Source: the human T2T-CHM13v2.0 reference genome, Homo sapiens
NCBI RefSeq assembly: GCF_009914755.1
Contig: NC_060948.1
DNA: 64,000 nucleotides
Direction: 5' to 3' (one strand)
Part shown: piece after piece, positions 1 through 15,244 of the stretch
Layout of the letters: each line of letters opens with the position of its first letter
Numbering within the stretch: the first letter of the stretch is position 1
The notes under the pieces: generated by a model
Database searches by the model: none
What the model was told of the DNA's origin: nothing
What the model saw: the letters and a program-made list of their open reading frames with translations, nothing else
Made by a program: the position numbers and the translations under genes

Positions 1-361
1 GCTAGGAATGGCTAGTTCCTTCCAATCTTCCCGGGTGATGGAAGAAGTATTTGACATAGTTTTTTGTTTGTTTGTTTGTTTTTTCTATATGGTTCATTTA
101 CATGACACTGCCAGATCATCATATGGTGGGTTTGGGGAAAATGAAGGAAATAATAGGCTAGATATATGTAAATTATGTGCTAGAAATAGAAGCTTAGCAC
201 AGAGAGAGTAGTTAATTGGTCTGGCCACAGTGGTTTTGTCATCTCTCATATGCCTACAACTATTTATTTATGGGCTATTTGCTTATGACGATTTAAAAAA
301 AAATCTGTTTCAGCAGCAATGACTAAAAAATGCAAGTAGATATTTAATTAAAAACAACTCT

Positions 362-844
<483 letters not shown>

Positions 845-3800
845 TCAAAAGGTAATACTTAGTTACATTAAGAAAACTATGCCTGAAGATGACATTTTCA
901 CAGATTTAATATGTGAATTTGGAAAAATTGAACATATAATTCTGAGATGATTGGCTTTTTATTGACATCAAATTACTGTTTTTTAAAAACAATCGTGTAC
1001 ATTTTTAATTCTAATTTTTCTGCACTTAAGAAATATGCATCAGTAATTGTTAGTATATTAGCTCCATTAGCTACAGAAGAAATTCCAAAATAATTGAATA
1101 ATGCCATCTAGATGTTTCAAACAGAAAATTGGATTAAAAAATGGTTTGATTTTTAATCAATCATTGGAACCAAAATAAAGCTGTTGAAATATTATTGTGT
1201 CAGGAAAAAAAACATTGAACAATATGATACTTTTTTTAAAAAAGTTCACTTGAAAAGCTAAACATTGTGGATAACTTTTATTGGTGACAAGAAAAAGCAA
1301 CTTTGGAAAAGTTTTTGCAAGTAACTTTATTTAAAAATCAATATAAAATTAAAACAAATGCATTTTCCTAAAAAAACTACAGGTAATTATTAAGAAACAG
1401 ATTAATACATATAAATATGTTCTAGAATAATTATTCTTCCTCTTATTTGTAATACTTCAATAATAAATACAAAGAAGTTATTTTTCTATTTTGCCTCAAG
1501 ATATGTAATTGTGAATTTAAATTTCTGAAGGGATTTCATTTTCAGAAGTAATTGGAAGGTAACGATTTCATAGCTCCATTGATACAGTAAAAAAAAAAAA
1601 TGCCTGTAAGGAAATAACATAATAAATATTAAATAATTTTGCATATGTTGGTAACCTTTTATTCTAAAAAAAGTTTCCATTGGAACAATAAATATTTTAG
1701 TCACCCTAATTTTACTAAATATCATTAGATAATCCTGTGATTGATGGAACCAAATTATCATTCCATACATCCTTGACTACACTTGATATTATTATTTTAA
1801 TAGTTGCCAAACAAATGAACAAAAGTTGGAACGTAATGTGGTTTTGATTTATATCCCCAGATTACTAATGAGCTCAAACATCTAGCCATTTTTCATTGGT
1901 CATATGACTTTCTTCTTTTCTAAAATGTATCTATTTACCTGTCCTGCTTTCTTCTACTGGGCTAGATTGTTTATAGATTTTCTTGTGTAGTTATTTTGAT
2001 TTTTTGGGGCGCTGGTAATTTTATGTATATTTTTCTTAGTGATTTTCTGGAGTTTTATAAACCCCCAAGATAATTTTTAGAATTTATGATCTGAAGATTT
2101 TCAAAAAGCTAACTCAGAAGTCATTTGTGGCCATAATGCTAACTTCTAATGGAAAAAAATAATTTTGCCACTTTAGCAAAACATACTTTAAAGATACTAA
2201 TTAGAAAGCACTGAAGTGCTCAATTCTATCTTTTTAATAAAATTTGCATTTAAATAGTCATTTCAACAAAATCTTTTCCCCTACAATAAGAACCAATTAT
2301 TAAATGTTGATTACGTATCTCCTGCATGGTTTTCTAAATATTTCACAATTGTCATTTTGGTAACAATCACTTAGCATACTTGTTAGAATTGCTGGCTCTC
2401 CAGGTCTCATTTCAAATGATTGAACAAGGATTTTGAACCAAATAATGAGAAATATTTGAATATATATTTTATGACCCATGTAATTATTTGGGGATATTTG
2501 TGAAACTCTGGTCTGACACTTAAGATAAAGTAAAACATCAACAACAACAACAACAACAGCAACAGAAAGAAAACACACAAAGAACATCAAGTCAGGAGTC
2601 AGGAATAAATACCTTATCTTTTCCTCACTCCTGCCTTCTCAAGTCATATGCCCCTGTCTTCTTTCTCATTCTTGATAAATACTACTCCATCTATCTAGCA
2701 CTTCACAGGAGTAATTAACCTGTTAATTTGCAATTTAGCAAAAAGCAAGAAACCTACTTCTGAACATTTTCTTTAGGAACATGGTTCTAGCTATACACTG
2801 TGTGTCAGGTAATGCTATGGATAGCCATAAAATAGCAGTATTTAACAAAAATATTTGACCACGGTGGCAAAATTATCTTTTCTAAACGATCCACTGCTAC
2901 TAAGATTACCTTGATATTTTGGAGACTGTACTGACATTTTGAATTTCACATATTCATGGGAGATTGGAAAGTGTCTTCAGATATCAGCGTCTATAATGTT
3001 AATACTTGTATTAACTTCCACATTTTTCTGTGTTAAAGCAGGTGTGCAGTATTGGATGAACAGGTATGCCACTGAAGCATAGCTGTGATTAAAATTTTAT
3101 ACGTTTTCATGAAATTGCACATGACAACATCTCCACAGAAAATTTAGATTTTTGGCTCACCTGGGAGATGTTCAAGAAAAGGACATTTTATATTCTTAAT
3201 GATTTCCCAGCTGGTTCTTAAAGCGAGGTAGCACAATACTGTGGAAAGAGGCAGTTCTGTCATCTGACATTAGACTTTAATATATGCTAAATATTTTGAG
3301 GCCCAAATTTCAGATGTATGAAGTGGGGTCTAAAATATCTAGCAACTGTGTGTGTAGTTATAAAGATCATATAATAATAATTGACTCTGTTGGCCTGGTA
3401 CTTTTCTGTAAAACAAAGACATCATTTAACTATTTAACTTTGTTACTTAGTATAGCTTCATTTGGGCATTTTTAAGGAATATTTATATTGTGATAAAGAA
3501 AACAGTTAATACTGGCAGAGAATGGTACTTACTCCAACATTGACTTTGCAGAGCTCCAGCTGTTCTGTAAAGAAACTGACGTGAATTGCAAAGAAAAAAA
3601 ATAGTGGATGATTGAAGGTTGTTTAGGGGCCAGTCTTTATTTACTAAGACTATGTAATTTTCGGAGAGGACACACAACCTGTGAAGTGTTGGGCGTGAAG
3701 GATGAAGACTCATCAAGAAGAGGCTGCCTCAAGGATCATCCTCTACATTTCTAGCTTGAAATACAAGGTATATAGTGCTGTGAATTTCTGAAATAGTGGA

Positions 3801-3865
3801 ATACTGTAGGGGGAAACATGTTTGGAGGATGAAATATAATATAATTAAAATAATCCCTACTAACC

Positions 3866-3982
3866 AGTAGAGATGGGTTTCACCATGTTGGCCAGGATTG
3901 TCTCAATCTCTTGACCTAGTGATCTGCCCAACTCGGCCTCCCAAAGTCCTGGGATTACAGGCGTGAGCCTCCACACTCAGCT
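3866..3982 (-). mobile_element. Alu left-monomer fragment
   Basis: Reverse-complement Alu left arm (gtagagatgggtttcaccatgttggcc...gggattacaggcgtgagcc); right arm absent. Confidence 0.9.
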
Positions 3983-3999
3983 AAAATTTTCATTTTTTA

Positions 4000-5590
<1,591 letters not shown>

Positions 5591-6892
5591 GGGAATGTTT
5601 GCATCAGCTATCAGTGAAGTTCCAGCTGTCAAGACTTGTTGCGGATAATGAGTTTCCCTCTCCAGATGTCTCAGATCTATAATGGTATAGCTTACTTCTC
5701 CCAGCATTTAAAAACTTTTATTCAAAAAACAATAGTTGCTGCAAATGTGGAACCTTTGCACTCTGCCTGATGTCTACAAATATTTATTATCTTGCACTCA
5801 ATCTGAATGTTCTATATCAGACCTATTATCTAATTTTCACTACCACTGTCATAGCTTGTGACTGAGGATCAGTGCAGGGACAAGCAGTGGCCCTCCTCGC
5901 ACTCCCGGCCCAATGTATTACATATAAAGTAAGTGAAAACAGTGTGCTTACTTTGCAGATACTGCTTTAAGACATATCTCTAAGCATCTTGTCTATATTC
6001 ACTTAAGTTTAGCCCTCATGGATATCCCAATGACATTGTGCTGACTTATTCTCTACTTCTGTTTAAAAAAAAAAAGTTTACTTCATTTTTGTTAGTTTTT
6101 ATTCTGCCTGTATTTATTCTTCATTTTTAAAGAGAAGAACATGACACAAGACTGAAATATTTTATGCAATCTACATAGAATTAACCCTGTATGTCACTTA
6201 GAAAGCCTGTGTGTGTGTAGAACAATTTGAGTTGTGTGTTCCTTTTAATTATTTTGCCACTGTGTCAATAGGTAGAACTTGTGTTCTTCTCCATTAGTTA
6301 ACAAAAATAATGTGTGGGTATGGTTGTGTGACTTTAAAACTCAAAACAAGTTTATTTGATTATAAAACATTCAATTTTGTGAAATCAGACATAGATTTAA
6401 AAAATATCTTTAAATCAATTTAAAGTCATCTAACTTCTTTTAAATTCAATTAAGTACCTCTTTTTGTTTGTTTTTTGATGGTCTCATATCTTGCTCCATG
6501 TCATTTTCTCAGAGAAAATTAGTAACACAACATCAGCTTTACCAATTCAAAATTTTCAGTGCCTTACCTCCGCTTGATCTTAAAGTCTTAGCTGATTTTA
6601 TTGGTAGACTACACCATCTTTATTTCAACTAAGTTCTCGAAGATTTCAAAACTGAGGGGTTAAATAAATTACTTATCACCTATTTCTGTGAACTACTCCT
6701 ACTCAGGGTGCTGGAGATGATACCATTTCATGGTCTTAAGTTTCAAATCAAAGACAAACTAAATCAGATTGAATTATTCACTGCTTTTCCTGGGCCACCT
6801 GATATTATGGTCCAATCAGGAACATTTTAAAGCCTGTATGTTAGGTCAAAAAAAGCACAAGGCATGGTTCAATTGGACTCCTAATTTAAAAT

Positions 6893-7100
6893 GAGGAAAG
6901 GAGAAGGGAAGGAAAGAAGGAAGGAAAGAAAGAAGGAGGGAAGGAAGGAAGGAAGGAAGGAAGGAAGGAAGGAAGGAAGGAAGGAGGAAGAAGAAAGGAA
7001 GGAGGAAGGAAGACAGAAGGAAGGAAGGGAGAGAGGAAGGAAGAAGGAAGAAAGGGAGGGAGGAAGGAAGGAAGAAAGGAAAAAGGAAGGAAGGAAAGGG
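6893..7100 (+). repeat. Polypurine (GGAA)n-type low-complexity tract
   Basis: About 200 bp of almost pure A/G with runs of consecutive GGAA units. Confidence 0.95.
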
Positions 7101-7771
7101 GCCAGCAAAAAGCTAAAGATAACTTAGAGCTTGTAATCATCATGAACTCTGTTACTATATTATTTCATTAAATAAGAAAGCCAAAATTTGTGCTACGCAG
7201 GAAGTGTAAATGGAAGTGGATCTCTGTTATCTGTATATTATTTGTAGGTTCTGGCTTCAACTGAACCAGTCAAACCCAACTTGCACCGTTTGGCATGACC
7301 TGGTCATGCTCCTACAGCTTTTTAAACATGGTTCATTTTTTCTGTTTATGGCTTTATTTCTTCAGTGACTTCCAGATAGTCTTATTAACTTTCAGTCCCT
7401 TATTCACTCTCAGCCTCTCAGTTTATTATTTCTATGTGTTTTTTTTTTTTTTTTTAACTTTGTATTTTAGGAAAGACCCCAGTGGCACACATCTCCTTTA
7501 GTTTTACTCTGGCACTAAAGTTGATGTAGGGCCATCAATCCTCTGTCTTTAGAATTATACATAAACTATGATTTACACCCAGTTTGTCATAAAAAATTGT
7601 ATACATTTTCATTCAACATCTCTTTCCACTTCGCTAATTCACCTTCTTGTCTTCTGAATGCTTTTCCAATTGGACCTTGCCAGCCACCTCCCCTTTCTAG
7701 GAAGAACTTCCTTTTTTCAACAATGTAAATGAGACTGCTTTTCTAACAGCAGTGATGGCTCTAATTGAACT

Positions 7772-7820
7772 TCATAAATCTTTACAAAATTACAACTCAT
7801 AAATCTTTACAAAATTACAA
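7772..7820. repeat. Tandem duplication, 25-bp period
   Basis: tcataaatctttacaaaattacaa occurs twice. Confidence 0.9.
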
Positions 7821-9886
7821 TTGCCATCAGTGAGGTACCACTGAAACTATTTTTGTCAAAATAAATCTTGGCATTGGATGGGCAGAGATGTGGGGATGGA
7901 CTTTTCCAAAGGAATACCATCACTTTGTTTCAGTGTTTAGAATACACTTTTTTGGCGGGGGGAGGTGGGTAGAAGGGAATAACTGTGCCTTCAATGAGTT
8001 GGAATAAAACAAACCATCATCATTTCAATCTATAATTATAAGAACTTCAGAACAACCGGTAACCTGAGTTTAAACTATAGTATCAGTTCACAAAATTCCG
8101 CCTTTTGATAATATAGCGTATTTCCCAAGAGGAACACTCTTTAGTCAGATGGGTCGTGTATTTACAAGTGGCTTTGGAGACTTGTGATTTTACACCAGCA
8201 CCTACTGTAACTAGAGTAGAGTTACTGGTTTCCTAGCTTTGTGTCTCTCTATATGTCAACAGGGGGAAAAAGACTTAAATAATCAAAACTGATGACTCTA
8301 GAGGGAATCCCTCTAATGCCTCGGCTGTTATTAAGGCACCCTGAGGGGAACACTTTAATGGCTCTTGACCATGGCCCTTCTTTCCTGGCCAATCTGCCCC
8401 CTGGATCTTCTGTAAGACCAGTATAGCCTCTGTTAACTTTAACTCAGCAGCAAGGCACCTTTTTCTGGCTCCATAGTGCCTACTTAAAACAAAACAAAAC
8501 AAAACAAAAACAGAAAATGCATATCTTGAATATTGTCAAATAAGGCCTCAGTTAAAACAGAAGACAGAAATTTCAGACCAATTGATACATCATGTTTTAA
8601 TTCAGCAGAACTGTCTTCTATTTCTTTACAAGAAGTGATCACTTGGTAATGAGAAACCTGGAAAAGTTGTGAAAATTAATTTGCTTCTCCAAGAACATTC
8701 AATAAATCATCCTTTATAATTTTACTGAAAAGGCAGGAGAGTGATGGTCTGCATATCATCCACTATTCTCTTCACTGCAATGAGGTTAAAAGATAGCATG
8801 AACAATGACGGTTAATACTATACTTACATTTTAACGAAAAAGTTAAGGTTTACAATGCATTTTATTTTACCCAGAAGTGGGTAGCCATTATTCCAACTGT
8901 ATTCATTTGGGTGAGTTTGAGGATTAAATTCTTAATGTCTGGAACACAGTGTACAGTCGTATCTTATTCTCCCTGTCTTGTGGGTAGCTGATCCACAACA
9001 TTTTGAAGAGTTGTGTCACAGATTCATGGGTATAAATGTGAAATAAGTGAAAACTAGTATGTATCTTGAGTATCCCTTATTCTTGCTAGACACAATGTCA
9101 CGGACGCAGTACCTCTCACAAAGTTTTATGGATCACTTCATCACTAATAATCTATGGCAGAGTTTCAAATTACTATAACTCCTAGGAGGATTTCTACTTT
9201 GGGATTCCTGGAGCCTAGGTTTCCGTTCTTCCTACAAATTACAGGTTTCATTATTTGATGACAAATCAACTATTTAGTAGCAATATGTGCTGAATGGTTG
9301 TGTAAAGTAAAGCTAATAAGCTTTGTAGGATGGAAAGTATTTAAAAATGATTGTCAAAGGAGTCTATTTTTAACAATGGAAACAGAAACTAGCAAGTGCA
9401 TATGTTGAAGGCAGTAACATGCAGAACCTCTTTGTGGTTTCAGAGGAAAAGACGGCAACCCAACCTCAGCATGATAGCATGTTTAACTTCAGTAGGATAC
9501 TGTTTGTATTTTTAGGTACAGTGTGATTTTACGTTGCTGAGTTGGTAATTACAGTTAAGGTAGGTGCAAGAATAATTCCTGATAAATGAAAATAAATATA
9601 TATACAAATGATACTACTAGTCAGGTATTTAGGAATTACAAAATTTGTTCTCTATTGTCAGATATTCATTTCCTCCAATGAAAACTGTAAAAGAGCACGT
9701 TTTTCAAAGCAACTGTAAGTCTGTCTCTGGTAATAGTTGTGTGATTGAAACTCAATGATTCCTTCTCTCCTAGAGGCTTCTAATGGAGAGAGATCATTAT
9801 TGAAGCACATATTAAAATATACTCCTGATAGAACATTATTTATGTCAACATGAAGAATAATTTTGGGAGGTGTTTGTAGTTCTTTC

Positions 9887-10196
9887 TTTTTTCTTTCTTT
9901 TTCTTTTTTTCTTTTTTTGAGACAGAGTCTCATGCTGTGTGCCCAGGCTACAGTGTAGTGGCATGATCTCAACTCACTGCAAGCTGCACCTCCCAGGTTC
10001 ATGCCATTCTCTGCTCCAGCCTCCTCAGTAGCTGGGACTACAGGTGCCTGCCACCATGCCCGGCTAATTTTTTGTATTTTTAGTCGAGATGGGGTTTCAC
10101 CATAGCCAAGATGGCCTCGATCTCCTGACCTCATGATCCACCAGCCTCGGTCTCCCAAAGTGTTGAGATTACAGGCGTCAGCCACTGTTGACAGCC
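9887..10196 (-). mobile_element. Alu SINE (AluY-like, diverged)
   Basis: PolyT, antisense dimer with AluY-type gcaagct/catgccattctc; TSD gtagtt(c/a)tttc. Confidence 0.93.
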
Positions 10197-10829
10197 GTAG
10201 TTATTTCAATGTCCACTGAACAATTTTAACTTAAGGTAACTTCATACTTCTTTGTAACATTAAAGAGTCTTTGGATTCAACTTTAAATCTTGAAATACAG
10301 TGGATTTAACTATTTAGAGTAAGAACAGATATATTTAAGGTAATAATATTGGTTGAAATGTCTAATTTATGACAGAAGATATGCTGTCTACACTCATCAT
10401 TTCGCAGTTACTTTGTGAAAGATCACAAAGCACCACAGGCAAATCCAGCATTCTATCCTTGGGCCCTGATTGTCCTTGCTGGGCCTTCCTCCAAATCCTG
10501 ACTGCCTCACTGCCATTCAAGTTTGAGTGGGGCACTGTACGTGGTATAAGCAATGGATGCTGACCTGCAACCGCAAAAAAAAAATTAATCATATAATTTT
10601 ATTCACTTTCTTTGTACCACATTATGATACCAACCCCGCTGAGCATAGCTCACTTTCTGCAATCCTCTTGAATGAGGTCTTTGTTAATAATTTTCCATGG
10701 AAACTTACTTGATCTGGGCAATATATTCCTCTCGGAAATTTAGTTGTGTGTATCTATGATGTGTTGATTAATTCTTGGCTCTTTCACTACAAGCAACTAT
10801 CCACGAGATCGAAATAAAATTAGCAAAAT

Positions 10830-11135
10830 GTCAGGTGCGATGGCTTCCATCTGTAATCCCAGCACTTTGTGAGGCTAAGTCGGGTGAATCACTTGAGGTC
10901 AGCAGTTCAAGACCAGCCTGGGTTATATGGCAGAACACCCATCTCTACTACAAATAAAAAATTAGCCAGGCATGGTGGTGAATGCCTTTGGTCCAGCTAC
11001 TCAGGAGGCTGAGACAGAAGAATCACTTGAACCCAAAGTTGGAGATTGCAGTGAGGCAGGATCACACCACTGCACTCCTGCCTGGGTGAGGCAGTGAGAC
11101 TCTGTCTCAAAAATATATATAAAATAAAATATAAA
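10830..11135 (+). mobile_element. Alu SINE (old AluS/J)
   Basis: Dimeric Alu with AT-rich tail. Confidence 0.9.
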
Positions 11136-11592
11136 AGCTCCAGGATATCCTTTTGCCTATGTATCATACATCATCATTTAAAGAACAGGACAAATATTTA
11201 TAAAAATGAGACTATACCAACAATAATATTAAATATAAAAGTTTAATTTTGAAGTTCATTATTAAAGGGAGCCTTAAAAAGGTGCAGAACGGATAAAATT
11301 CAAATGTGTATCTTTATTAAAATAGGAAGAAATTTTTGGATCAAAAGATGAATTAATGTCAAAATGTGTCAGATGGAATGTCATACATATGATACTGTGT
11401 ATTAATACTTTGACACATGTGTTTGGCAATTTTGTGACAAAAAGAAAAAACATATCAACTTACCCTGTATTTAACAAAAAAATCCCTTCATTATATGATA
11501 TAAACATATTTATATTATATTAAATTAAATATTTAACATTTAAATATTTAATATTTCATGTTTATTTGAATTATAATAAATTTGCCATGGAG

Positions 11593-11594
<2 letters not shown>

Positions 11595-11637
<43 letters not shown>
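11595..11637. repeat. (TG)n microsatellite
   Basis: About 21 perfect TG units. Confidence 0.97.
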
Positions 11638-11640
<3 letters not shown>

Positions 11641-12480
11641 AGAGAGGAGATTTCTTATTGTAAAATGGATTATGTTACAAAATTATTTCAAATTAGTTAT
11701 TTTCAAAAGGGTATACATTTTCCCATAAAAATAATACCGTAAGAATTGGAAAGATACATAACAATCTTTATAATTTCAGGATCCAACATTAATAAACTCT
11801 GACAAGCAAGACATAATTCACGTTGACTTTAAAATGAATAGGAGGATGGTTAGAAGAGTGGAGCAATGCAGCCAGTGGAAGTGAGAAAAAAATCTGACAA
11901 CTGAACACCTCTAAAATCAGGAGTGATGGATAAAGCTTTCTGGGTATGGATTTCTAGTAGAAAGGTAACATGTACAAGTCACTTGCAATCTAATTGTTCA
12001 TGGAATAAAAACCACCTAACAGCTTATTATTTAAAATTAATAGTCCTGTTGCTTAGCACATATTCATAATTTCCATGGCAGAACTGTGTTTCCCGTTCCT
12101 TTGCTTCCTGTTAGGGGTTAATGGGATGCCCAGACATGAAAAACAGGGAAGGTCTTGAAATGTGTTTGGCAATTGAACTTACCGTCTTGCTTTCCTGCTT
12201 TTCTTTACAAGAAGAAAATAACTTAGCTGTAGGTTTAAAGAGAACACATTAGAATCGACTGAGACAAAACCAATTCCAACTAAGCTTAGAAGAGTAAAAA
12301 ATCCCTCTTTTTCTGCAGTTACAAAGGCAAAAATACATGCTTACTATAAAATACCACCAAGTTTTGGTATGGGTAATTATGCAACATTATTGAGACACTA
12401 AATTGTATACTCTTTACCTAAAAAAATAGTTTTGCCAAACAAGCATTGGTACAGAAAGTGTTAGATTAAGGCCTATACAG

Positions 12481-12621
12481 GAAAATTCAAAGTAAGTAAT
12501 ATTAACAAGAACAGTGATGATAACCTCAGTAGCAATAACAATTAAAACAGAAAATTAAAAGTAAGTAATATTAACAAGAACAGGGATGATAACCTCAATA
12601 GCAATAACAATTACAACAGAA
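12481..12621. repeat. Tandem duplication, 69-bp period
   Basis: gaaaatt(c/a)aaagtaagtaatattaacaagaacag(t/g)gatgataacctca... repeated at 12481 and 12550 with few mismatches. Confidence 0.9.
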
Positions 12622-13032
12622 GTGTCTTACTTACATTATCTCATTTTACATAAAAAAGACAAAATTTACATTGTGAATTGGAATGCTTAAAACTTCAGCT
12701 TTTTTTATTTTAAAATACTATATTTCCATGTAAATGGGGTCCTGCATTTTTCACTCAAATCAGTGAGACATCTCTTTATTGTGGCTGAGCTGCTCTTACC
12801 TGTGTATGTGGGAACAAATCTTGTCCTAGTTTTCAGTTTCTTGAATGAAACAGCAGTAATAACAAAAATGAGAGGTCCTCATCACTGACGCTACGTATGG
12901 CTTTTTAAAAAAATCAGTGTTAGTTTCTTTATTTTTTGGTTGGCCTGTCCTTAGCTTTTCAAACAGGCAATATCTGTCTTTAGAGAACATCTATCCTTGC
13001 CTAATCCTTTGCTAGCATATAATATAAAGCAG

Positions 13033-13156
13033 GAGAGAGAGAGAGAGTGAGAGAGAGAAACATACAGAGAGAAGCAAATAGAGAAACAGAGAGAGGGAAA
13101 CCAAGAAACAGAGGGAAACAGAGAGAGAGAAACAGAGAGAGATAAAGAGATAGAGA
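13033..13156. repeat. Degenerate (GA)n repeat
   Basis: GA-rich simple repeat. Confidence 0.9.
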
Positions 13157-14091
13157 TTCTTCAAAAACAATAAATTATGTCTGCATCTGAAAGAAAGTAA
13201 AATGTACTGATGAGCTTGAACTAGGGAATGAAAACTTTGGTTCTATATGTTTAATTAGTTTCTAATTTCTCTGTAATCTCATCATGAGTCTCTAACAGGA
13301 AATAATATTGACCATACATTTGGTACAATTAGGTGCTCATATCTTAGATCATTCTCAAGGGGCTCACTAAATTATTTACTAAGCCTAATGTATTACCAAT
13401 GCAGGTTTAACTCCACCTCTAGTGTAACTGTAAAATTCAGTGAGTAAGCAGTGCCCTGTGATCATCATGGGCTTGTTGTTAGAGATAAGTGAATAGAGTG
13501 CCTTGCACAGTGTCTATAAGGAAATACTGTATCACCTTGCCCTGCTCCATTAAAGGAATGAGGGTTTACATCATATTCCACACAAGGAAAACATTTTTAA
13601 ATGCTTCATTTTCCCTAAGGTAAACCACAATGACAACAACAACAACAAGAAAAACAGACTCATTCTGTCTGGTTCCAAAAATTAAATCAAATCTTGAGCT
13701 TTTCTGTAAGTTACTGACTCCCTAACAAAAATAATTTTATCTTGGCCTTTGAAATGTTGATATATAAAAATGGGAGAATGTCATCTAATTTGACAATAAT
13801 TCAAAGAAGTTATTAATTGTCCATCATGAACATTACAGCTTTGATAAATTAAATATCTAGTCATTTTTTTTTAATTTTACAGCAAGTTCTGTTAAAACCT
13901 GTACTCCAATTAATAATTTTCTGCAAATGAATTTATTTTCTTTTCTAAATGACTTAGTCTCTGAGTCTTTGACATTTGATTTCCAGTGAGTGCCCATAAA
14001 CTGTTTTATATTACCGTTGTTATGAACATGGCAGTCATTTTCATAGTTCATAAATATGCATAGATTCAAATATGTACTATCTATGATAAAC

Positions 14092-14348
14092 TTTTCTTTT
14101 TTTATTATACTTTAAGTATTAGGGTACATGTGCACAACGTGCAGGTTAGTTACATATGTATACATGTGCCATGTTGGCGTGCTGCACCCATTAACTCATC
14201 ATTTAACATTACGTGTGTCTCCTAATGCTATCCCTCCCCCCTCCCCCCACCCCACAACAGGCCCTGGTGTGTGATGTTCCGCTTCCTGTTTCCATGTGTT
14301 CTCATTGTTCAATTCCCACCTATGAGTGAGAACATGCAGTGTTTGGTA
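14092..14348 (-). mobile_element. L1PA (L1PA3/4-like) 5'-truncated 3' end
   Basis: Antisense L1 3'UTR (ttattatactttaag...gggtacatgtgcacaac...C-rich tract); flanking aactttt on both sides. Confidence 0.93.
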
Positions 14349-14770
14349 ACTTTTAAGCGGTGATTATTCTGGTGACTTTAGCAGAGCCAGGAGACTCTAA
14401 ACAAACAATTTACTTCAGTTATTTTTGCTGTATAAACAGTGATGCATGTTTCCTCCAAGGTTCAACTGAGCATTCAACTGAGTATTCTTATGACTAGTCC
14501 ATGAAGAAACAATATGATCACCTAAAAACAAACCCAGCTGAAACATGCAGGAAACACTAATTTTGAATATATGGTTATCATTTATTGCATATTTATTCAC
14601 CAAGCACTGTCTTGATAAAAACTGTAAGATATGTCAATCAGCCTTAATAGACTGACTCTACAGGAGTGACTAATCACTCCCCATAGGTAGGCCTTTCTTA
14701 CCTGGACACACTGTTTGTTCTGGATATGCTAACCACTTTAAAGACGTTGATGATTCTAAACACTCATTCA

Positions 14771-15244
14771 GGTACCAGTGCATGATCTGTTAGGAACTGG
14801 CTGCACAGCAAGAGGTGAGTGGCTGGCAGGCCAGCAAAGCTTCATCCGTATTTACAGCCACTCCTCATTGCTTGCATTACTGCCTTAGCCCCACCTCCTG
14901 TCAGATCAGAAGTGACATTAGATTATCATACCCCGTGGTGAACTGTCTATGCGAGGGATCTAGATTGTGCACTCTTATGATTATCTAATGCCTGATGATC
15001 TGTCACTGTCTGCCATCACCCTGGGACAGAAAGCAAGTTCAGGCCTCCCACTGATTCTACATTATGGTGAGTTATATAATTATTTAATTATATATTGCAG
15101 TGTTGTAATAATAGAAATACCGGTACAGAATAAATGTAATGTTCTTGAATCATCCCAAAACCATCAGCTCCCCACCCATGATCTGTGGAAAAATTGTCTT
15201 CCATGAAACCAGTCCCTGGTACCAGGAAGTTTGGGAATGTCTGC
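14771..15244 (+). mobile_element. MER1A-like hAT-Charlie DNA transposon, 5' end missing
   Basis: ggtaccag...gttaggaac...gcacagcaagaggtgag and 3' end ccatgaaaccagtccctggt match the remembered MER1 consensus. Confidence 0.8.

Noticed and set aside
6881-7143. Low-complexity ORFs rich in KEGR or PSFL
   Set aside because: Translations of the GGAA repeat.
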